Shown here piece after piece: positions 50,140 to 62,392 of a DNA stretch of 64,000 nt. The stretch is from assembly GCF_006345805.1 (NCBI RefSeq), contig NC_043020.1, forward strand, positions 27,404,001 through 27,468,000, in the 5' to 3' direction. Below the pieces are notes generated by a model, which was given only the letters and a program-made list of their open reading frames with translations, searched no databases and had not been told where the DNA came from. Position 1 is the first letter of the stretch. The number at the start of each line of letters is the position of its first letter. The stretch comes from Octopus sinensis (taxonomy: Eukaryota). The translations under genes and the position numbers were made by a program.

Positions 50140-51805
50140 GTAAGCTCGCAGAAACGTTAGCAAAATGCGTAGCCGTATTTCGTGTGTCGTTACGTTCTGA
50201 GTTCAAATTCCGCCGAGGTCGACTTTGCCTTTCATCCTTTTGGGGTCAATAAATTAAGTACCAGTTATGCACTGGAGTCAATGTAATCCACTTAATCCGT
50301 TTGCCTGTCCTTGTTTGTCCTCTCTGTGTTTAGCTCCCTGTGGGTAATAAAGAACAGGTATTTCGTCTACCGTTATGTTCCGAGTTCAAATTCCGCCGAG
50401 GTCGACTTTGCCTTTCATCCTTTCGGGGTCGATAAATTAAGTACCAGTTATGCACTGGGGTCAATGTAATCCACTTAATCCGTTTGCCTGTCCTTGTTTG
50501 TCCTCTCTGTGTTTAGCTCCCTGTGGGTAATAAAGAACAGGTATTTCGTCTACCGTTATGTTCCGAGTTCAAATTCCGCCGAGGTCGACTTTGCCTTTCA
50601 TCCTTTCGGGGTCGATAAATTAAGTACCAGTTATGCACTGGGGTCAATGTAATCCACTTAATCCGTTTGCCTGTCCTTGTTTGTCCTCTCTGTGTTTAGC
50701 TCCCTGTGGGTAATAAAGAACAGGTATTCGTCTACCGTTATGTTCCGAGTTCAAATTCCGCCGAGGTCGACTTTGCCTTCATCCTTTTGGGGTCGATAAA
50801 TTAAGTACCAGTTATGCACTGGGGTCAATGTAATCCACTTAATCCGTTTGCCTGTCCTTGTTTGTCCTCTCTGTGTTTAGCTCCCTGTGGGTAATAAAGA
50901 ACAGGTATTTCGTCTACCGTTATGTTCCGAGTTCAAATTCCGCCGAGGTCGACTTTGCCTTTCATCCTTTTGGGGTCAATAAATTAAGTACCAGTTATGC
51001 ACTAAGGTCAATGTAATCGACTTAATCCGTTTGCCTGTCCTTGTTTGTCCTCTCTGTGTTTAGCTCCCTGTGGGTAATAAAGAACAGGTATTTCGTCTGT
51101 CGCTACGTTCTGAGTTCAAATTCCGCCGAGGTCGACTTTGCCTTTCATCCTTTTGGGGTCAATAAATTAAGTACCAGTTATGCACTAAGGTCAATGTAAT
51201 CGACTTAATCCGTTTGCCTGTCCTTGTTTGTCCTCTCTGTGTTTAGCTCCCTGTGGGTAATAAAGAACAGGTATTTCGTCTGTCGCTACGTTCTGAGTTC
51301 AAATTCCGCCGAGGTCGACTTTGCCTTTCATCCTTTTGGGGTCAATAAATTAAGTACCAGTTATGCACTAAGGTCAATGTAATCGACTTAATCCGTTTGC
51401 CTGTCCTTGTTTGTCCTCTCTGTGTTTAGCTCCCTGTGGGTAATAAAGAACAGGTATTTCGTCTGTCGCTACGTTCTGAGTTCAAATTCCGCCGAGGTCG
51501 ACTTTGCCTTTCATCCTTTTGGGGTCAATAAATTAAGTACCAGTTATGCACTAAGGTCAATGTAATCGACTTAATCCGTTCGTCTGTCCTTGTTTGTCCT
51601 CTCTGTGTTTAGCTCCCTGTGGGTAATAAAGAACAGGTATTTCGTCTACCGTTATGTTCCGAGTTCAAATTCCGCCGAGATCGACTTTGCCTTTCATCCT
51701 TTCGGGGTCGATAAATTAAGTACCAGTTATGCACTAGGGTCAATGTAATCGACTTAATCCGTTTGTCTGTCCTTGTTTAGCCCCTTGTGGGTAATAAAGA
51801 AATAA
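50140..51805 (+). repeat. SINE-derived tandem array: one S2 head followed by nine ~183-bp bodies
   Basis: Junction ggta at 50357, 50540, 50723, 50904, 51087, 51270, 51453, 51636. Confidence 0.95.
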
Positions 51806-51917
51806 ATATAAAATGATAGAAACTAAAATAATGATTTGTGTGTGTTTGTGTTTTCCTCTCACCATAAATCAAATTCTTTCCTTATTGTGTCCCCTATTCT
51901 TCTGTTTTGGTTTAAAG

Positions 51918-51977
51918 GTCTGTGGAATGTTGGCATGTCACAACTACTGGCACTGGGCCCTCTATCATATTGAAAAG
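51918..51977 (+). CDS. TTC38: TTC38 internal exon (VCGMLACHNYWHWALYHIEK); first TTC38 exon visible in the window
   Basis: tttaaag acceptor, gtaagt donor; 60 nt. Matches TTC38 MLACHNYWHWALYLIEK. Confidence 0.95.
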
Positions 51978-52894
51978 GTAAGTCTATTATTAAACTAGCA
52001 AGCGAGCGAATTGTTTAGCAACTTATACAAAAAAGTAGATTTTAAAAAGTCCATTGTTAATTCTGATTCACGATAAGAATAAAAAGTTTTGAATGGTACA
52101 ACAATGCACTACAATATATAAGAAAACAATAAAATGGACCGAATACCTTTTGGTTTACACATTGTTAATGTTATAAATGCCCTGAAGACGTATTTATCTC
52201 TCCTATTCTTTCTCTCTCCTCTCTCTCTCTCTCTCTCTCTTACTTGGTACCAAGTGGTGTGGGAACACATGCGTACACACACAAGCACACACACCATGCC
52301 AGCATGGGAAGTAGATGTTAAATGATTTACGATGATTATGATGATGATGATATGATGGGCTTCTTTCAGTTTCCAATTACCAAATCCACTCACACAAACA
52401 CACACACACACACACACATGCACACTCACACACACACAACTCATGCCAGCATGGAAAACGGCTATTAAATGGTTATGATGATGATGATGGTGATGATAAT
52501 AAAATGGGCTTCTTTCAGTTTCCATTTATCAAATCCACTCACCCCCCCCCACACACACACAACTCATGCCAGCATGGAAAACGGCTGTTAAATGATTATA
52601 ATGATGATGATAATACAATGGGCTTCTTTCAGTTTCCATTTACCAAGTCCACTCGCAAAGCTGTGGTCGGCACAAGGCTATAGTAGACTTGCCCCAGGTG
52701 ACTCACACAGGGCCTGAACCCAGAACCATGTTGTTGGGAAGCAAGCTTCTTACCACACAGCCATACCTACACCTATAATTTAATCATTTTTTTTTTTTAA
52801 AAAGTGTTTATTCAAGTCTAAAACATGTTTTCTCATGGTATCAGTCATTTTCTTTTTTTCTTAAATAATTTTTTTTTTTTCCTTTTCTTCCCAG

Positions 52895-52933
52895 GGACAG
52901 TACGAAGCCGCCCTTGACATTTACGACAGAGAA
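52895..52933 (+). CDS. TTC38: TTC38 exon (GQYEAALDIYDRE)
   Basis: Long polypyrimidine tract + ccag, gtaagt donor; 39 nt. Matches GEYEAALTIYD. Confidence 0.93.
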
Positions 52934-53676
52934 GTAAGTCAAGCGGTTTTACTGATAACAACTTCAGCAATCTAGAGCGCTTAAATGTCTGTCTATTTGT
53001 CTCTGTGCATGTCTGTGAGGATGGGGGGCGGTGCTGAAAAGTTCCTGGCTTTCGGTAAAAGAAAACACAAGAGAATCAGTTAATTATGATTTCATTCATA
53101 ATTAACTGATCCATTTTCCCCTCCCAGATTCACACACTTATCACACTGGTCCTTCAGTTTTCTAAACCCTGTACAAAGAACACAGAAGGTTGGGCCTTCA
53201 ACCAGGCCTTTCACAATGCCCTTAGAGCGAGGAACTTTTCAGCCTCCCCCCCCCCACCTCCATACATGTCTACTTCTGTGTATGTGTATGGCAGAATCGT
53301 TAGCATGCTGGTTAAAATGCTAAGCGGCACTTTGCCTGTCTTTATGTTCTGAGTTCAAATTCCGCTGAGGTCAGTTTTGCTTTTCATCCTTTTGGGATCA
53401 ATGAAATAAGTACTAATTGAGGGCTCAGGTCGATGCAATCAACTGGTCCCCTCCCCAACAATTTCAGGCCTGATGCCTATAGTAGAAAGGATTATTTTAT
53501 TATTTTTATTATTATTATTATTATATTATTATTATTATTATTATTATCATTATTATTATTAAGGCAAAATGCTTAGTGGCATTTTCGGGATCGATAACAT
53601 AAGACCACTGGGATCACTGTACTCTAATTACCCACTAGCCCCAAACTGGCTGGCCTTGTGCCAAAATTTGAAACCC

Positions 53677-53713
<37 letters not shown>

Positions 53714-54058
53714 CATTATTATTATTATTATTTAAGGTGGTAATGATGATGATGTGGCAAGCTGGCAGAATCAGTAGCACGCCCGACAAAATGCTTAGTA
53801 GCATTTCATCCGTCTTTACATTCTGGGTTCAAATTCCACTGAGGTCGACTTTGCCTTTTATCCTTTTGAGATCGATAAAATGAATACCAGTTGAACACTG
53901 AGGTCAATTTGCTGGCCTTGTGTCCAATTTTGAAACCATTATTATTTAACTAAGGGCCATTCCTGTCCAAAAATATAAACAAGTTCCGTATGAAGGGTCC
54001 GTATCAATTAATCGCTGAAAGATAATGACCAAAAACAATCTATGTTGTTGTTCTTCAG

Positions 54059-54140
54059 GTTGCTGTTCGTGCCAAGAATTCTGGAGCCATGTTGGATTTC
54101 GTCGACAATGCATCACTCTTGTATCGTCTTCAGTTGGAAG
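54059..54140 (+). CDS. TTC38: TTC38 exon (VAVRAKNSGAMLDFVDNASLLYRLQLE-G)
   Basis: ttcttcag acceptor, gtgagt donor. Matches AMLDVVDSCSMLYRLQMEG. Confidence 0.94.
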
Positions 54141-56305
54141 GTGAGTGTCAGCCGTCTTTGCTGCCATTGTTGTCAGAGTCAGTTCCATCATTGAAATCCT
54201 CGTTACCATTCTTTCTGCAAACCATCTTCATTATTCTAATCCTTACCATTATCCTCACCTCCACCGACACCCTTGTCACCATCCTCTTCATCACTGCTGT
54301 CTTCTTCGACTCTTCTGTCTTCATCACCACCACCACCACCATCCCCTTCACCTCTGCCACCTTCATTGCTGCGGCTCTCCTCATCTCCAGCATCCCCTTC
54401 GACTCCACTGTCCTCCTCCTTCTCCCCACCATTCTCCTTGTCTTTGCTGTCTTCCTTCTCTCCATCTCTGACATCCTCTTGCTCCCTGCCATCCTCCTCC
54501 TCTTTGCCACCTTTCTTGTCTTCATCTCTGCCATCCTCCTCATTCCTGTGCCCCTCCTCGTCCCCACTGCCCTCCTCACCTCCACTGCCCTCTTTGTCCC
54601 CACTGTCCTCCTCATTCCTGCCATCCTTTTCGTCCCCTCTGACCCCCTTGCTCTGCCTACCCCCTCATCCGCATTATCCTCTTCATTATTGCCATCCCCT
54701 TTCTCCCTGCCATCTTCATCCCAGCTAACCAGCTCCTGTTAAACCATCCAACCCATGCCAGCATGGAAACAGACACTAAATGATGATGATCACATCACGT
54801 CGGTCCTCAACATTTTGAAACCCAAGTCTCCCTGGACACTTTGTGCCAATGAGCCGAGTGTGTTGAGCACAGTCACACCGTAAAAGCATATTTTGTGTCT
54901 AAACCTTCCTGGATGTATTAAGAATAAATATGCAAACAACTGTTTTTTATTGATCCTTGATCAGCAAATAATTTGTTTGCTGAACTATAAAAAAAGCCAG
55001 CAGCTTGGATTAGGCTCAAAGGTCCGAATACTTTGACACACTGTATACTGCAACACTGCTGTTTCAACATATTGTGTCTCATCAGTCAATGAGTCAAGTG
55101 TGTTGAACACACTATTGTCATAGAAGAGAGAAGCTATTCTCCTATGACAAAGGTGGGCAACCCTTGGCACGCGTGCCAAGCATGGCACACAAAACCCTCT
55201 CACTACTAACCCTCCATTTAACGACTTTCTCTATATAGTATATAGCAACTTTTTATTGCTCAGATACATTTTACATTAGAAATTAGGCCCACCTTTATTT
55301 AATGATCTCCTCCCAGACCTGACCTGTGCTTTGGTTTCAGCCACCACAACTGGTATTTGTTGGCACGACAACCGCCATACTTACCTATTCAAAATTTCTC
55401 TTGATGCATGGTACAGCAGTGATATCATCATTATGTCGTATTCTTGCAGTACTGAATAGAGGAAAGTGGGTCAGTCAATGAATGACACATAGACACAAAA
55501 GCTGTTCAAAGTGCCGCCCAGGACAGACTTCCCCCACCCAGCTACACTAATGGGCCTCAGTGACGTATTTAGGAGTGGGGACCATGTGGCATGGCTTTAT
55601 TAGATCTTGTAACTTGAGTGACTTTGAAACTAATGTTGTGTGAGAACAGGTTTGATTACCCTGCCTAGACGAGTGTAAAGCATGTTCCATAGTCCATATC
55701 TCCGGTCAGATTAGAAATCTGTGTAAGAATAGATAAGTTTTCTAGATTTTTTTTCTTTGTAATACAGATCTGATCAACATATTAACCCTTTAGGCATTAA
55801 CCCAGAAATGTTAGCACGCCGGGCGAAATGCGTAGCCGTATTTCGTCTGCCATTACGTTCTGAGTTCAAATTCCGTCGAGGTCAACTTTGCCTTTCATCC
55901 TTTTGGGGTCGATAAATTAAGTACCAGTTACGCACTGGGATCGATGTAATCGACTTAATCCGTTTGTCTGTCCTTGTTTGTCCCTTCTGTGTTTAGCCCC
56001 TTGTGGGTAGTAAAGAAATATATTAACCCTTTAGTATTCAGATTATTCTCTCAGGAGTGGTTGTGTGGTAAGTAGCTTGTTTACCAACCACATAGTTCCG
56101 GGTTCAGTCCCACTGCGTGACACCTTGGGCAAGTGTCTTCTACTATAGCCTCGGGCCGGCCAAAACCTTGTGAGTGGATTTGGTAGACGGAAACTGAAAG
56201 AAGCCTGTCGTATATATGTATTTTCATTGTAGTTGTTCTGCATACATTATTGTACATAGGTGCAGGAGTGGTTGTGTGGTAAGTACCTTGCTTATCAACC
56301 ACATG

Positions 56306-56639
56306 TGAAGGTGCATGGCTCAGTGGTTGGAGCGTCGAGCTCACGATCGTGAGGTTGTGAGCTCGAATCCCGGACCGGTCTGCGTGTTGTGTTCTTGAGC
56401 AAGGCACTTTATTTCACGTTGCTCCAGTTCACTCAGCTGTAGAAATGAGTTGCGACGTCACTGGTGCCAAGCTGTATTGACCTTTGTCTTTCCCTTGGAT
56501 AACACTGGTGGCGTGGAGAGGGGAGGCTGGTATGCATGGGCGACTGCTGGCCTTCCATAAACAACCTAGCCCGGACTTGTGCCTCGGAGGGTAACTTTCT
56601 AGGTGCAATCCCATGGTCATTCATGACCGAAGGGGGTCT
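56306..56639 (+). mobile_element. tRNA-derived SINE family S4 nested inside an S1 SINE with a 14-bp TSD
   Basis: ttatcaaccacatg at 56292-56305 and 56640-56653; fragment of the same family at ~14835-14990. Confidence 0.8.
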
Positions 56640-57260
56640 TTATCAACCACATGGTCCCGGGTTCAGTCCCAGTGAATGGCACCTTGGGCAAGTGTCTTCT
56701 ACTAGAGCCTCAGGCCGACCAAAGCCTTGTGAATGGATTTGGTAGACGGAAACTGAAAGAAGCCCGTCGTATATATATATATATATGTATGTATGAGTGT
56801 GTATATGTTTGTGTATCTGTGTTTGACCCCCCCCCCACATCGCTTGACAACCGATGCTGGTGTGTTTACGTCCCCGAAACTTAGCAGTTCGGCAAAAGAG
56901 ACTGACCGATAGAATAAGTACTGGGCTTCCAAAGAATAAGTCCTGGGGTCGATTTGCTCGACTAAAGGTGGTGCTCCAGCATGGCCGCAGTCAAATGACT
57001 GAAACAAGTAAAAGAGTAAAAGAGGAAAGAGATACACTTTCTTAAGTATGTTCTCAAAAAATTTGGTTGGCACATGGAAGAATTTTGAGTCAGAGATCTT
57101 ACCAGTTTTGGCATGCACACCCTCAAAAAGGTTGCCCACCCCTGGCCTCTGCTCTACAGCAATTAACACATTTAGTGTCTGAACCTGTTTCGACATACGA
57201 AGAATAAATATGCAAAAAACCATTCCAATATTGGTTTTGTTTTCTGTGTTTGTCTGACAG

Positions 57261-57426
57261 GAATCAATGTTTCCGAACGTTGGTCGAGTTGTTTTGAGGA
57301 ATTCAAAGACCATGTCACGGATCACATCCTCAGCTTCAACGATGCCCATTCAATGATGAGCTGCCTTGGCGCTGGCCAGGAACGGTTTAGCAATAAACTG
57401 CTGGAATCACTTCAGGACTTCATCAA
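57261..57426 (+). CDS. TTC38: TTC38 exon (INVSERWSSCFEEFKDHVTDHILSFNDAHSMMSCLGAGQERFSNKLLESLQDFI)
   Basis: ctgacag acceptor, gtaagt donor; 2+162+2 nt. Matches RW...DHILLFNDAHFLMASLGA. Confidence 0.94.
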
Positions 57427-58431
57427 GTAAGTGGATTGTTCGTGTGTGTGTGTGTGTGTGGTGTGTGTGCATGTGTGTGAGCATATGTGTGTATATGTGT
57501 GTATGTGTGTGCATGTGCATGTATGTGCATTTGTGTGCAAGTGTGTGTATGTGTGCAAGAATGCATGTGTGCAAGTGTGTGTGTGCATATGTGTGCAAGT
57601 GTGTGTATGTGTGTGTGTATGTGTGAACATTCTATATCATTGTCATGGGCTTGGCTGTGTGGTTAAGAAGGTTGCTTCCTAGCAATGTGGTCTTAGGTTC
57701 AATACTGCTTTGTAGCCCCTTGGGCAAATGTCTTCTATTACAATCTTGGCCCAACCAAAGTCTTGTGAGTGGATTTCGTAGACGGAAGCAGAGAGACACT
57801 CACATAAACATACTCAGACAAACACACACATTTACACAAACACACACACACACTTTCACACACAAACACTCACTCACAAGTGCTCATGCACTTACAAGCA
57901 CAAACACTCATCCACGTGCGCACACACACACACACACTCGCACTTACACTCACCCCACACCCACACACCCACTCACCCCCCACACACACTCACAGCTAAT
58001 AATATCCACATATATCAGGTCATCCCATAAGTTCTGTCTGAATTTTGAATAAAGAAAACAAGTGATCAAATGTTATATTTAATTGAAACTTAATCATCAA
58101 TGTACATTGGCTTTGGCTACAGAGTTTCCTTTTTTTGTCCTCATAAAGCATTTTGTGCCTCAAATGCTCTTTGGATACTTCCATGTTAGAAAGAGTTTTA
58201 ATCAAAGAAATTTTAATTCTATTATTCTGTAAAATAATATTTAATTAGTTTAAATGTACACAAATGCCTAAAAATAATTTCTAATTCCATTAGACATTCT
58301 AAAATACTATTAAATTTCATTCAATTTTAAAAAAAGGTAAAATCAGACAGAACTTATGGGATGACCTGATAACTGTGAAACAGTTTGACAAAAACTAACA
58401 CTAAAATTCCAGGTGTGAATTCTCGTTAAAG

Positions 58432-58588
58432 AAATGGCGAAGGTGATAATCAGAGAATCAGTGAACACGTTGGCTATAAACTGTGCAAGGCTTTGAAGGA
58501 TTACCAAGATGAGGAATTTGCTGCTGTTGTGGACAGTCTCATGCCTATCAGATACGACATCTATACCATCGGTGGAAGTAACGCACAG
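58432..58588 (+). CDS. TTC38: TTC38 exon (NGEGDNQRISEHVGYKLCKALKDYQDEEFAAVVDSLMPIRYDIYTIGGSNAQ)
   Basis: gttaaag acceptor (the only nearby AG in phase), gtgagg donor. Matches VG..LC.AL...PIRY.I..LGGSNAQ. Confidence 0.92.
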
Positions 58589-58639
58589 GTGAGGAGGCAC
58601 CTTCTCTTCGTATATTTATATGGATGGAGGTGTGGGGGT

Positions 58640-58653
58640 GTTTTGGGTGTATA

Positions 58654-58689
<36 letters not shown>

Positions 58690-58786
58690 GCACTCTCTCT
58701 CTCTCTCTCATGCACTCTCTCTCTCTCTCACTCTCTCTTGTTCTCTCTCTCTTGCTCTCTCTCACTCTCTCTTGTTCTCTCTCTCA

Positions 58787-58825
<39 letters not shown>

Positions 58826-59150
58826 CTCTCTCACACACTCTCTCTCATGCTCTCTTGCACTCTCTCACACTCACTTGCTTTGTCTCACTCTCTCGCTCTG
58901 TCTCACACTCTCTTATTGTCCCTCACACTCTCTTGCTCTCTCTCACTCTCTCTTGTTCTCTCTCTCTTGCTCTCTCACACACTCTCACTCTCTCTCTCTC
59001 GTTCTCTCTCACACCCTTTCTTGCTCTCCTTTGCTTTCAATCTCTCTCTTGTTCTCTCTCTCACTCTCTCTCTTATTCTCTCTCTCTCATGCACTCTCTC
59101 TCTCTCGTTCTCTCTCACACTCTTTCTTGCTCTCCTTTGCTCTCACTCTT
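58640..59150. repeat. Degenerate (CT)n low-complexity tract
   Basis: Direct reading. Confidence 0.9.
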
Positions 59151-59467
59151 CATGAGCAACAGGAAGGAACTACACAAAGTTGGCTGGTTGCTATAGCAAC
59201 ACCAGTCCGTGCATGTCACCATCCTCCTTCCTCCTCTACCTGCCCCCTCCACACACACACACTTGCACACACATCTGACCAACGATAATAATAATCCTTT
59301 CTTCTAATGGCACAAGGCCTCGAAATTTGGTGGGGAGGGGTACTTATTGACCCCGAAAGGATGAAAGGCAAAATCAACTTTGGTGGAATTTGAACTCAGA
59401 ACAAACGGACAAACTGCTGCTAAGCATTTTGCCCTGCATGCTAATGATTCTGTCAGCTCACCACTTC

Positions 59468-59506
<39 letters not shown>

Positions 59507-59943
59507 GATAATGATAATGATGATGATTTCAAATTTTTGCCACAAGGTGAGGTGAATAGTCGATTACATTGACCCCCAGTGTTTCACTGGTACTTAATTT
59601 ATCGTCCCCAAAAGGATGAAAGCCAAGGTCGACCTCGGCAGGATTTGAACTCAGAACATAGTGATGGGCGAAATACTGCTAAGCATTTCATCCAGCACGC
59701 TAACGATTCTGCCAGTTTGCCGCCTTAATGATAACGATTGTAATAAGGGTCTCAAATTTAGGCATCGATTTGGGGGGGGGGGTGATTACATCACCTCCAT
59801 TATGCAGCAGCAGTAGTAGTAGTAGTAGAAGTAGTAGTAGTAGTTGTAGTAGTAGTAATAGTAGTAGTGACAGCAGCAGCAGCAGTATTATTATTATTAG
59901 TAGTAGTAGTAGAGGTAGTAGCAGTAGTAGTAGTAGTAGTAGT

Positions 59944-59975
<32 letters not shown>

Positions 59976-60103
59976 TAGTATTTAGTAGTAGTAGTAGTAG
60001 TAGAAGTAGTAAATCTTTTATGCATAATGAAAACAAAACAGTATCTTTTTTTTTTATTATTTTTTTATTCGTTTGTTTTCCTTGTTTGTTTCCGTTCCCC
60101 CAG

Positions 60104-60177
60104 CGTGACGTCTTCAATTTAATGTTGATCTCCGCTGCCATGAAGTCGCCATCAAACGAACACAAGAACTTAGCAAG
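60104..60177 (+). CDS. TTC38: TTC38 exon (RDVFNLMLISAAMKSPSNEHKNLA-R) ending at a GC donor
   Basis: ttcccccag acceptor. Matches RDVFNQLLIHAAL...HKNVAR. An AG|gcaagt donor is required for phase with the last exon. Confidence 0.9.
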
Positions 60178-60615
60178 GCAAGTATTTCTTTGAATTTTCC
60201 CCCTCACAGGAAATCCCGAGACCTTTGACCCTATGTCGTGCTTGAGAAGAAGACCCATCAAACTGAGCAAAATCGCATTTGTGGCAGATACCAGTGTCAT
60301 GCAAATGGCACCCTGGCACCCGTGCCGGTGGCACGTAAAAGCCCCCAGCACACTCTGTAAAGTGGTTGGCATCAGGAAGGGCATCCAGCCATAGAAAACT
60401 ATGCCAAATCAGACTAGATTCTGGTGCAGCCTCCCATCCTTGGTCAAACCATCCAACCCATGCCAGCATGGACGACAAACGTTAAATGATGATGACGATG
60501 ATTTTGTTTCTTTCACATCATTTAATCTTCTTTCTCAAATCAAGGCCATGGTTCATTAAGTTATTAAAAAAGCAGACTCTAAATCTAAAACCTTTATTCT
60601 CTAGAAAAATGACAT

Positions 60616-60988
60616 TCTCTAGAAAAACGCCGCCGCCGTGGTGATCTCATTCTTGCTCACAACATCATAAGCGGAAAGTGTAACCTCTCGAAGGAGCTGA
60701 TCTTCACTCCTGCTCCAGAGCACCGGCTGCGGGGTCACTCCGAAAAGCTCTATCTGCGACGATTTCATCTCAATCGAAGGAGAGGGGCTTTCTCCATCCG
60801 GGTTGCAGATCCGTGGAATAAGCTGCCGGACGAGATGGTGAAGATGCCAACGACCGCTCGGTTCAAAGTCTCTCTTGACCAGAAATGGCCTGAACTCTTT
60901 GCTTGAACACCCTCCCTGTACATAACTCCATGTCCCCCTACATGGCCTTGCTTTTTGCTTTTTGAGCCCCAAAATTAACTTAACTTAA
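60616..60988 (+). mobile_element. Second copy of the same CR1/L2-like 3' end
   Basis: Collinear and highly similar to 3781-4134, with the same 5' start (tctctaga.aaacgcc). Confidence 0.85.
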
Positions 60989-61766
60989 TACAATGCATTG
61001 ACATTCAGTAACATCATAATCACTTTAACGAAAATTTCACCATTCTTGGCTCACGTAGAATCCTCTGAGGCAGGTTTTCTACAGCTGAGGTGTCCTTGCT
61101 GTTGTCTACCTTTGCCTGTTTCCAAACAACAAGTTGATATTTCTCTAAGGGTGGACATGTTTATACAGAAGATTCTTTTCTACTCTAAGCACACAAGGCC
61201 TGATATTTTGGGGGAGGGGGGGGAGTCGATTAGATCGATCACAGTACACAACTGGTACTTAATTTATCAATCCCGAAAGGATGAAAGGCAAAGTCGACCT
61301 CAGCGGGATTTGAACTCAGAACATAAAGACAGATGAAATACCTCTAAGCTTTTCGCCCAGCGTGCTAACATTGCTGCCTTTTTTTATACAGAAGATTGGG
61401 GTGGAAAATGGCAGCTTGAGTGATGACAGCATCTGTTTACAACTATCCTGTAATGTCAAGACGAGGCACGCACGCATCCACACATTTCTGCACTACCTTT
61501 TGTCCTATAGGAAACTTTCTAAGTCAATGACTCGTCCACTCCTCTCACAATTGCTGGTGGTGAAATATGATCTTTTCTCCTGAAAAGATGAAAGGCAAAG
61601 TTGACCTCGGCGGAATTTGAACCCAGAACCTAAAGATGGATGAAATGCCACTGACCATTTTGTCCAGCATGCTACCGATTCTGCCAGCTTGTTGATTTTT
61701 CTTCCTTTCTAACAATAAAACATAAAACAACAACAACTGATGATTAATTTCTGTTTGGTTTTACAG

Positions 61767-61857
61767 GAGTTTGATCAACGAGAGGAAATCACTAAAAGAG
61801 AACGCACCCATGACTGATCGCTTAATGGCCAAATGGTTGTCACTTCATGGCGAATAA
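61767..61857 (+). CDS. TTC38: TTC38 last coding exon (SLINERKSLKENAPMTDRLMAKWLSLHGE*)
   Basis: ttttacag acceptor, TAA at 61855-61857. Matches SLLMERDALKPNSPLTERL. Confidence 0.93.
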
Positions 61858-62392
61858 TAATCAACTCGGTCGTTAATTTCGTTTCCATGCTGAAGATACG
61901 GAACTAAAGTCTTTTAGTAATTATTAAAATCATTAGCAGGGAGTCTCCTTTTAAAGGGAATTAACTCTGATCTTATTAAATTTATCTCCCTTGGCCACCC
62001 ATGTCAAGCGATGTCGAAAACTGTACTGTGTATGATAAGTTATATCAGAAATTAATAGTTTGACTGTGTTGTTGCTATAATCATTTATGTGTCAAGTAAA
62101 TAAATCGTTGAAAGACTAATTTATTGCAGGAGTTGTCCAAAGATAAGCTCTTGGCTACATTCTCACTTTTCTTAACGTGAAACCGATGGTAGCCTTAATT
62201 CGCAAATAAAGAATCTTTATCCATCAATGCAGTGTTGAGCACTCGTTTTCATGGTTTCACATTTACGTATATACAGTGCTCAGGTGCACCACACTCTATT
62301 TAAGTAAGGTGTAATTCATAACCATATGAGAGAACATCATTTTACTAATTGGACTGTGGCCATGCTGGGGCACTGTTCCGAAGGGTTTAGTC

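Noticed and set aside
56702-57349. 215-aa minus-strand ORF
   Set aside because: Antisense of a TTC38 exon running into an S1 SINE; composite and non-coding.
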